Assembly (NCBI GenBank): GCA_041598875.1
Contig: JBFHXP010000002.1
Span: 13,716 to 77,715 of the forward strand
DNA: 64,000 bases
Source of the DNA: Desulfobulbales bacterium
Lineage (GTDB): Bacteria; Desulfobacterota; Desulfobulbia; Desulfobulbales; BM004
Direction: 5' to 3'
The notes under the pieces are model-generated. The model had not been told where the DNA came from, ran no database searches, and saw nothing but the letters and a program-made list of their open reading frames with translations. Shown piece after piece: positions 56,555-64,000 of this stretch. The translations under genes and the position numbers were made by a program. Every line of letters begins with the position of its first letter. Within the stretch, counting starts at the first letter, position 1.

Positions 56555-57331
56555 TTATCCCCTTTTCTCAGCCGCAAAAAGCGCGCCACCGGTATAGGGC
56601 GATGTCCGGAAAGGCGTTGCCCCGATATGCCGGACCCCGACAAACCCTGCCCGCTCCATCAGCATAAGTTGATCCCCCACGGAGACCGTTCCCCCTACTC
56701 ACTGGGCCCAGGCCTCAAGGCTGCCGACGAGGTGTGGGGGCAGTTCCGTTTCCAGTACAATATCCGCAAACTGCAGCCGTGCCGACGGTTTCAGCACCCG
56801 AAAGATCTCCTGAAATATTTTTTCCTTGTCCGGGACCAGGTTGATCACCCCGTTGGAGATGACCACATCAAAGGTCGAGTCGGCAAAGGGAATCGCGCTG
56901 TCGTTGACATGATGGATACGGGCATTTTCAATCAAGGCCGCGGCAAGATTTTTCCGGGCCCGTGCAACCATCTCCTCGGTCAGGTCAATACCATGGACAA
57001 AGCCATCAGGCCCGGCAAGGCGGGCGGCAACAACCACGTCAAAGCCGGCGCCATTGCCAATATCCAGCACCACGCTTCCCGGAGGGATCGTATTAATTGC
57101 AAAGGGATTGCCCACCCCGCAGAATGATGTCAGCAGCTCCGGCGGCAGCGCATCAAGCAGGGCCTTGTCATAGCCCAGGGCCTCTGCCCCCCGCCTGCCG
57201 GTGGGGTATGTGAACCTGCCGTCGGCAGAGACCGCCACCTCGGCATATTTGGCGCGAATCGCCGCCTGTATCCGGCCGATATCAACGGAAGAGATCGGCC
57301 CGCGACCGGCTTGCATATGAACCACGGGCAA
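56555..57331 (-). CDS. ArsM/UbiE-like SAM-dependent methyltransferase, candidate selenoprotein (in-frame TGA at 56699-56701)
   Basis: The 210-aa ORF has the SAM motif VLDIGNGAGFD, plus FCGVGNP. It ends ...LEAWAQ-TGA. The same frame then continues for 47 sense codons (VGGTVSVGDQLMLMERAGFVGV...) to TAA at 56555. TGA sits at the conserved W..C[IV].G position. Confidence 0.55.
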
Positions 57332-57545
57332 GGGGGATGCCGACCCGGCATCAGACCCCGGAGGTCAGCAGGGTGAGTGTACCTTTTTTTCCACTCGATC
57401 ATTCATGGCAACAACCCCTGGCAGTTCGTATTATCATTTCAGCTCCTCCGCCCCCGGGGGCAAACCGATAAGGTGTCTCTTCCATACCATAAACCAGCTA
57501 CCAAAAGGTGCCGGCTCGTTGATATGCAGCGAGCAGTGTAGCGCA

Positions 57546-58910
57546 TTACACCACGGTATCAAACAGAAAACGCATGGGATTTCGCCAGGTGAGAAGATCG
57601 ATAAGTTCGTTGCGGTCCGGAAGTACCTCCCGCCCGGCCCGGGGCACCTCGCAGGAACCTCTGCCATTTAAGGCGCCAATATCCATGGCTGCAACAAAGC
57701 GCGCGAAATACTGGTCATAGGTGGTAATCAATCCCCCATGTCCTGTGCCGAGAATCATGGGAATATCCGAGCCCCAGAGCAGTTTTTCCTTGAGCGTGCA
57801 GACCGGGTTTTCAATATCGAGCCTGTTGTCAAGCTCCCCGGCCTCATCAAGGGCAAGGAGCCAGCCCAACGCGGCCACCGCCCTGTGATCATTATAGTTG
57901 AACGCCGCCAGATCGGCATAGGTATTTTTGTATGTCTTGAGCAGCCGGATCAGAATGGCGGTCCAGGTGGTTTTTTTCAGCTTTGGCCGCGGAACCATCA
58001 TCGATGTTGCCATGGGAAACGGCGTCTCATCGTACTCCTCCTCCACCTGGTTAAAAAACACGGTCTTTTTCAACTCCTCTTCGCCGCCGAAATGGGCAAA
58101 ATTAATCCTGAAATCATCCGCCCTATCGCCCAGGGCATGCAGGACCGCCCGCCAGTTTGCCGGATGGGTAAAGGCATCTGCCTCCTTTTTTGTGATATCC
58201 TGGGCTGAATAGGAACCAGGCTTGGGCTGGCAATGGGTGGTTACCGGAATATTCCGGTCGCAGAACAGGGTATAGAGGGCCCGGTATTTTCTCGCAATGG
58301 CCGGGGAACCATCAGAGACGCTGTAGGGGTTGAAACCAATGGGCGGGTAGAGCTTGATCCCGATCGGCCTGCCGTTGCCAAGGCCACTGATATCAACCCG
58401 ACCCTGGACAGACCGCAGCACCTCCGCCCCGCACCTCTCTGCAAAGGTGTCAAAATCAGCGGCCAGGGTATCAAGCCGCCATGCCTGGACCTTGCGAAGA
58501 TCAAGACCGACAAAGGGGAGAAAAAGGGCGTCCCCGGCAAACTGAGTATCCCCTATCTCCGAGATCAACCTCTTTGCCTGATAATAGACATGGTCCTTCT
58601 GCGCCCCCTCAATTTCATCAAAGTCCATGATCAGGGGAGTAATGACCGGCCGGCGTCCTGTCAGCGGTGAATGGACGGCCAGCGCCTCGCTGATCTGTTG
58701 CGCCAGGATAACGGCATTATCCCGGGGCCTGCGGTCAAAAAAATTGATATAGCTCTCAAAATTCTTCAACTCCTTTTTATGCAGACCACAGAGAAATGCC
58801 AGGGCAAGAAGTGAGTTGGGCAGAAATCGCACGTTGCCCAGGGTGGGATAGAGGGGAATGTCCTCAATATTGAACAGATGACAATGGGAATCAATAAAAC
58901 AGGCGCTCAT
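57546..58910 (-). CDS. Amidohydrolase-superfamily (TIM-barrel metal hydrolase) protein
   Basis: ORF 57546-59024. ATG 58910 is the likely start (GGAGGGGGG RBS). The N-terminal FIDSHCHLF is an HxH metal motif. Function unknown. Confidence 0.55.
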   Translation of the reverse strand: MSACFIDSHCHLFNIEDIPLYPTLGNVRFLPNSLLALAFLCGLHKKELKNFESYINFFDRRPRDNAVILAQQISEALAVHSPLTGRRPVITPLIMDFDEIEGAQKDHVYYQAKRLISEIGDTQFAGDALFLPFVGLDLRKVQAWRLDTLAADFDTFAERCGAEVLRSVQGRVDISGLGNGRPIGIKLYPPIGFNPYSVSDGSPAIARKYRALYTLFCDRNIPVTTHCQPKPGSYSAQDITKKEADAFTHPANWRAVLHALGDRADDFRINFAHFGGEEELKKTVFFNQVEEEYDETPFPMATSMMVPRPKLKKTTWTAILIRLLKTYKNTYADLAAFNYNDHRAVAALGWLLALDEAGELDNRLDIENPVCTLKEKLLWGSDIPMILGTGHGGLITTYDQYFARFVAAMDIGALNGRGSCEVPRAGREVLPDRNELIDLLTWRNPMRFLFDTVV

Positions 58911-59243
58911 TTCCCCCCTCCTTATTCTCTGTTGCACCTTTCCGCCAACCGCTTTGCGGCCATTTGCGGCCAGTAAGGATCCGGAAATCCCCCCTCGCGG
59001 TATGGTTTCCCCGTCAGCCCACACAAACCTATATCCACGGAACTCTTTTCATTTAGCAGGATTAAAGCCTCTTTTCAAGGGATAAACCCGGACGGAGCAA
59101 GGATATCCCCTTATCGCCAAGGCCCCTTAAATCATCCTCCACGGCACGAAAAATCCTGGCTATTTACCAAGGCCAGGGGATAGTTTATAGAGGGTGTGGA
59201 TGGCGCCCCTTGACCATAATAATCTTCAGCAAAAAAACGAACA

Positions 59244-61496
59244 ATGTCTCCGGAATCAAAACAGAACGGAACGCAGCGCAACCGGTTTGGAACATTTACC
59301 GGTGTGTTCACCCCTTCGATCCTGACCATCCTCGGCGTCATTCTCTTTATGCGCGCCAACTTCGTGGTCGGCCAGGCCGGCTTTCTCCACGCCATCTCCA
59401 TCCTCCTGATCGCCAAGGCGATCACCTTTGCCACCGCCCTCTCCATTTCCGCGGTAAGCACCAATATGCAGGTCCGGGGCGGCGGATTCTATTACATGAT
59501 ATCCCGGGTACTTGGCGCTGATTTCGGCGGCACCATCGGGGTGACCCTTTTTCTTGCCCAGGCCCTTTCGGTTCCCTTTTACATCCTGGGTTTCACCGAG
59601 GCCCTTGTCCTTTCCTTTCCCGCCATGGCCAATTACTTCCAGGCCGTCAGCCTGAGCATGGCCCTTGTTCTTTTCATGGTCACCTATTTCGGCGCCGGCT
59701 GGGCCCTGCGGGTCCAGTTTGTCATCATGGCCTTTCTCGGCCTGGCCATTCTTGCGTTTCTCGGTGGCGCCGCCACCCTCTTCTCTACCACCCGGTTCAT
59801 GGAAAACTTCCTCCCGGCCTATACCTCCCACGTCTCGGAGAATACCCTGGCGCCCTACACCTTCTGGGCGATGTTTGCCCTCTACTTCCCGGCAGTAACC
59901 GGGATCGGCACCGGGGTGAACATGTCCGGAGACCTCAAGGAACCGGCCCGCAGCATCCCCAGGGGAACCCTGGCCGCGGTGGGGGTGGGCTTTCTCATCT
60001 ATGCCGCGCAGATCGTGCTTGCAGCCGGGGCGTACAACCGCGATGAGATGATCGCCCGGCCATACCTCCTGCTCCAGGATAACGCCCTTTTCGGACTTGC
60101 CTTTCTGATCCCCCTGGGCATGGTTGCGGCAAGCCTTTCCAGCGCCCTGGGCAGTTATCTCGGCGCCCCGCGGGTGCTTCAGGCCATTTCCCGCGACCGT
60201 ATCCTCCCCCTGCTGGCCATCTTTGCCATGGGGTCATCAAAGGGTGACGAGCCCAGGCGCGGCCTGATCCTTACCATGGTCATCACCCTCGTTGTTCTTT
60301 TATGGGCTGGAAACGGTGAGGGGGGGGCGGCCTTTAACGCGGTTGCCGTCCTGATCACCATGTTCTTCCTTTACAGTTACGGCATGATCAACCTCGCCGC
60401 CTTTATCGAGGGGATAAGCAACAACCCGTCATTTCGCCCCAGGTTTCGTTATTTTCACTGGACCACCGCCCTGTTCGGGGCCGCGGGCTCCGGCGCGGTC
60501 GCCTTTCTCATCAATCCCCTGGCAGCCTTTGCCGCCCTGTGCATCGCCTCGGGATTGCTCTGGTATATCCGCACCAAGGAGCTGAAAATCGCCTTCGGTA
60601 ATGTCAGACGCGGCTTCCTCTTCCACTCAACCAGAAAAAAACTCCTCCAGTTACAGCAACTTGAGCCAGACCCAAAGAACTGGCGACCGACAATCCTGGT
60701 TTTTTCCGGAAATCCGGACAACCGGGAACTGCTGGTCTCCTACGGGGTCTGGCTGGAGGCGGGCCGCGGCATCGTCTACCTGGCCAACAACCTGGTCGGC
60801 GAGTTCTCCGAGCTTGCCGCCCGCCGCCGGGCCGCCATCCGCCAGTTGAAAAAATACTGCGAGGAAAACAGTGTCCAGGCCTTTCCCATAATCTCCATTG
60901 CCAGGGATCGGGAAGACGGGATCATGATGATCCTGCAGATGGCGGCAAGCGGCCTGGTACGCCCCAACCTTGTCCTGCTCGGCTGGTCTGAGGAGGTAGA
61001 CAGCCTGGCCAGCTACTGCCGGATTTTGCGGGCTGCCTCAATGCTCGAGATGAGCCTTGTTCTCTTAAAATCAACCACCCTGCCGGCATCAAATATCACC
61101 AACAGAATCGATGTCTGGTGGCGCGGCCGCAAGAACGGCAGCCTGATGATGCTGCTCGCCTATCTCCTTACCAAGAACTGGGAGTGGCAGAAGTCATCAA
61201 TTCGCCTGCTCCGGGTCATCGAGGATGAGGCCGGGGAAGAACCGGCGAAAAAGGGGCTGGAAATACTCCTTGAAACCGCCCGGATCAGTGCTCAAAGCAA
61301 AATAATCATCAGCACCAAACCCTTTATGGAAATACTCAAAGAGCACTCTGCCGATGCCTCCTGCCTGCTCCTGGGCTTTGAAATTCCTGATGAGGAGGAA
61401 GAACTCCACTGGAGCGCAAACCTTGAAATGCTTGCCGACTCCATGCCCACCACCCTGTTTGTCACCTCCAGCGGCACCGAAGATATGCTTGCCTGA
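59244..61496 (+). CDS. APC-superfamily transporter, cation:chloride cotransporter (SLC12)-like, with a large cytoplasmic C-terminal domain
   Basis: 750 aa. Contains FGTFTGVFTPSILTILGVILFMR. About 12 TM segments, then about 280 soluble residues. Confidence 0.7.
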   Translation: MSPESKQNGTQRNRFGTFTGVFTPSILTILGVILFMRANFVVGQAGFLHAISILLIAKAITFATALSISAVSTNMQVRGGGFYYMISRVLGADFGGTIGVTLFLAQALSVPFYILGFTEALVLSFPAMANYFQAVSLSMALVLFMVTYFGAGWALRVQFVIMAFLGLAILAFLGGAATLFSTTRFMENFLPAYTSHVSENTLAPYTFWAMFALYFPAVTGIGTGVNMSGDLKEPARSIPRGTLAAVGVGFLIYAAQIVLAAGAYNRDEMIARPYLLLQDNALFGLAFLIPLGMVAASLSSALGSYLGAPRVLQAISRDRILPLLAIFAMGSSKGDEPRRGLILTMVITLVVLLWAGNGEGGAAFNAVAVLITMFFLYSYGMINLAAFIEGISNNPSFRPRFRYFHWTTALFGAAGSGAVAFLINPLAAFAALCIASGLLWYIRTKELKIAFGNVRRGFLFHSTRKKLLQLQQLEPDPKNWRPTILVFSGNPDNRELLVSYGVWLEAGRGIVYLANNLVGEFSELAARRRAAIRQLKKYCEENSVQAFPIISIARDREDGIMMILQMAASGLVRPNLVLLGWSEEVDSLASYCRILRAASMLEMSLVLLKSTTLPASNITNRIDVWWRGRKNGSLMMLLAYLLTKNWEWQKSSIRLLRVIEDEAGEEPAKKGLEILLETARISAQSKIIISTKPFMEILKEHSADASCLLLGFEIPDEEEELHWSANLEMLADSMPTTLFVTSSGTEDMLA

Positions 61497-61649
61497 GTAC
61501 TGAGCAAAAATAATACCCTGTGTGTTCCGGGGGAAGGGGTTGTATAATCAACCTTGATGAAAAACCGGGGATACCCCGAGGTCCCGCTGTACGAAGGAAA
61601 AGGAACTCCTGACAGAACCCGTTTCTGTTACCCCGGATATCACCACGAT

Positions 61650-61816
61650 CTAGTGTCCCGTTCGGTTAATTGTGGCAGTCAATGAGTGAGGTATCGTGGT
61701 TCCTCGCAAGGCGCGCGAAACAGGGCATAGCAGCGCTATGTCTCGTTTTGCGCAACACCGCGAGGGGCCGCGAGAACCACTCATTACAAGACGGAATTAA
61801 CCGAACGGGACACTAG
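61650..61816. repeat. 167-bp palindromic MITE-like element / long hairpin
   Basis: Perfect 22-bp terminal inverted repeats: ctagtgtcccgttcggttaatt (61650-61671) and aattaaccgaacgggacactag (61795-61816). The interior also folds back (aatgagtg/cactcatt, gttcctcgc/gcgagaac, and a central stem of about 19 bp with an AGC loop). Confidence 0.7.
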
Positions 61817-61834
61817 TCCGCAAGGGAACCGGCG

Positions 61835-64000
61835 ATGAACGAGAAACACTTGAAGGCCTATTTTGACCACGCGACGGTCGGTATGGCCAGGGTAGGGCTT
61901 GATGAACGCATATTGCAGGCCAACGACGCCCTCTGCCGGACGCTGGGTTATTCGCGGGAAACTTTACTCACCATGTCCGTTGCCGATATTACCCATCCAG
62001 AGGACAGAGAAAGGGAAAAAGAACACAAGCTGAGGCAGCAGAAGGATGCAGAGACGAATTTCCACGTGGAAAAACGCTATCTGCATGCCGATGGCCACAT
62101 TGTCTGGGGTAAGCTCAGTGTTTCACTCATTGAGGACGATGAGGGCAGCCCCCTCTATTATATTGGGCAACTTCAAGACATAACCTCCATCAAGGAAAAT
62201 GAACAGCGACTGCAACTGGCCCTTGAAGAGGCTGAAAGACAACGGGCCAGGGCGGATGCGATTCTCGCGGCAATCGGCGATCCCCTTACCATTCAGGATA
62301 CAAACTTCCGGGTTATTTATCAGAATGCGATCAATCAGGAAATACTTGGCAACCATCAGGGAGAGTACTGTTATGAGGCATATGAAGGAAATCCCGAGGT
62401 CTGCGAGGGCTGCGGCCTGGCAAAGGCCTTTGCCGACGGCAAGGTCCATAGAGCAGAGAGAAGTGTTGTCCGCAACAACACTACCCTGTATTTCGAGGTC
62501 ACCGCATCTCCCTTGCTGGACACCCACGGCCGACCTGTTGCCGGCATAGAGGTCGCCCGTAACATTACTGACCGCAAACAAAAAGAAAAACTGCTGGCCG
62601 AGCAGGTACAACTTCTCTCATTGAGCTCTGATATCGGCGCCATGCTGACCAAGGCCCGTTCCCAGGAAACCATGCTTGCAGAGTGCTGCGAACTGCTGGT
62701 ACACCATCTGGGCGCCGCCTTGGCCAGAATATGGACCGTGAACCCGGAAGGAAAGCTCTTGATTCTTCAGGCCAGCGCCGGCCTGCATGCCAACATCAAC
62801 GGCTCCAACAGCGATATTCCAATTGATGAAAAAACACAGATCGGCACCATCGCCAGCACCAGAATGCCACACACCACCAACTCGGTGATCGATGATCCAA
62901 CGCTCTCCGACCAGGAGTGGGCAAAAAAAGAGGGCATGGTTTCCTTTGCCGGTCATCCCCTGCTCATCGAAGAACACCTGGTGGGCGTAATCGGCATATT
63001 TTTCCGTCACCCGCTTACCGATACCGCCAGCCGGACCATCGTCTCGATTGCCGATGAAATGGCTCTGGGCATCGAAAGGCTGCGCACAGAAGAAAGGCTG
63101 CGTCGCAGCAACCGGGCACTCCGGATATTGTCCCGCTGCAACGAGGCCCTGATCCATACCCATTCAGAAAAGGAATTGCTGGAAAAAATATGCCGGATAA
63201 TCGTTGAGCCTGAGGGGTACCTGATGGCCTGGGTGGGCTACGCGGAGGCGAATACCGAAAAGACCGTCTTTCCCATGGCCCAGGCCGGTTTTGATGAAGG
63301 GTACCTCCATTCTATACACCTGCGCTGGGATGATTCGGAATTTGGCATGGGCCCCATGGGAACCGCGATCCGCACCGGAAAGACACGTATCATAAAAGAC
63401 ATTGATACGGATCCGGATTTTTTGCCCTGGCGCGCCGACGCGGTGCTGCGCGGGTATTCATCAATCATTGCCCTGCCGCTGACCGATTCCAGCTCAAAGC
63501 CATTTGGCGGGCTCTGCATATACTCCTTGGAAAAAGACGCCTTTGATGCCGAGGAAATAAAACTGCTCCGCGAACTGGCAGGGGATCTGTCCTTTGGTAT
63601 CAATACCCTTCGCATGCAAGAAGAGAGTTGGAAAGAACAGAGAGAGAAAAGAAAACTCCAGAATCAACTGCGCCAGGCGCAGAAGCTTGAGGCCATCGGT
63701 ATCTTGGCTGGTGGCATAGCCCATGATTTTAACAATATACTTTCAGCGATTCTTGGTTTCTCGGAATTGGCCATGGATGAAGTCGGGCCACGAAGCAAAG
63801 CGGGAAAGGATCTGCAGGAGATAATTACAGCCGGCAAACGGGCCGCGGACCTGGTCAGACAGATTCTCACCATCAGCCGCCAAAGTGAACACCACAGGAA
63901 ACCTCTTAAAATTCAGAATATTATCAAGGAAGCGCTCAAACTTCTGCGCCCATCGATATCAACCTCGATCGAGATAAAAACCTCTATTGACCAGAACTGT
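61835..64000 (+). CDS. Multi-sensor (PAS-PAS-GAF-GAF) histidine kinase, 3' end beyond the window
   Basis: Absent from the ORF track because there is no stop in the window. Manual translation from ATG 61835 (AAGGGA RBS): MNEKHLKAYFDHATVGMARVGLDERILQANDALCRTLGYS... The frame stays open to 64000. H-box LEAIGILAGGIAHDFNNIL at about 63.68-63.74 kb. Confidence 0.85.
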   Translation, partial: MNEKHLKAYFDHATVGMARVGLDERILQANDALCRTLGYSRETLLTMSVADITHPEDREREKEHKLRQQKDAETNFHVEKRYLHADGHIVWGKLSVSLIEDDEGSPLYYIGQLQDITSIKENEQRLQLALEEAERQRARADAILAAIGDPLTIQDTNFRVIYQNAINQEILGNHQGEYCYEAYEGNPEVCEGCGLAKAFADGKVHRAERSVVRNNTTLYFEVTASPLLDTHGRPVAGIEVARNITDRKQKEKLLAEQVQLLSLSSDIGAMLTKARSQETMLAECCELLVHHLGAALARIWTVNPEGKLLILQASAGLHANINGSNSDIPIDEKTQIGTIASTRMPHTTNSVIDDPTLSDQEWAKKEGMVSFAGHPLLIEEHLVGVIGIFFRHPLTDTASRTIVSIADEMALGIERLRTEERLRRSNRALRILSRCNEALIHTHSEKELLEKICRIIVEPEGYLMAWVGYAEANTEKTVFPMAQAGFDEGYLHSIHLRWDDSEFGMGPMGTAIRTGKTRIIKDIDTDPDFLPWRADAVLRGYSSIIALPLTDSSSKPFGGLCIYSLEKDAFDAEEIKLLRELAGDLSFGINTLRMQEESWKEQREKRKLQNQLRQAQKLEAIGILAGGIAHDFNNILSAILGFSELAMDEVGPRSKAGKDLQEIITAGKRAADLVRQILTISRQSEHHRKPLKIQNIIKEALKLLRPSISTSIEIKTSIDQNC

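Overview
This 64-kb chromosomal segment is moderately GC-rich. From gene content it probably comes from a Desulfobacterota (Desulfobulbales-like) anaerobe, but that is an inference, not a search result. About two thirds is housekeeping: a partial TetR gene, DUF89, a TtcA-like gene, hisB, tRNA-Gly, rplM-rpsI, argC, truA, an aminotransferase, pntAA-AB-B, fur-feoAB, mpl, tRNA-Ala, mreBCD-mrdA-rodA, hemH and polA. A 14-gene complex I operon runs from 8.7 to 20.1 kb. It lacks nuoEFG and carries four antiporter-like subunits. A ThiS-like/MetY/E1/JAMM/TusA operon at 28.3-31.3 kb looks like protein-thiocarboxylate-dependent homocysteine synthesis. The most unusual part is 45.2-56.3 kb, a compact Lap-like adhesin-control locus. 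On the minus strand it has a T1SS ABC exporter with a C39-like domain, an HlyD adaptor, and a LapG-type BTLCP periplasmic cysteine protease. Next comes a transmembrane Cache-PAS protein in the position normally held by LapD; its HD-GYP domain has lost most metal ligands but keeps GYP. The divergent plus strand has a sigma-54-type promoter, a PEP-CTERM-like protein, a 413-aa protein with a LapA-like PAAG di-alanine site near residue 107, and a TolC-like channel. Beside this locus, an ArsM-like methyltransferase has an in-frame TGA exactly at a conserved Cys position, with the reading frame open beyond it, so it is a candidate selenoprotein. Smaller items are three palindromic Fur boxes, an unlisted 59-aa Cys-rich ORF after feoB, a 167-bp palindromic MITE-like element and a candidate sRNA. 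No CRISPR array, rRNA, integrase or transposase was seen. All calls rest on manual motif reading and no database search was run.
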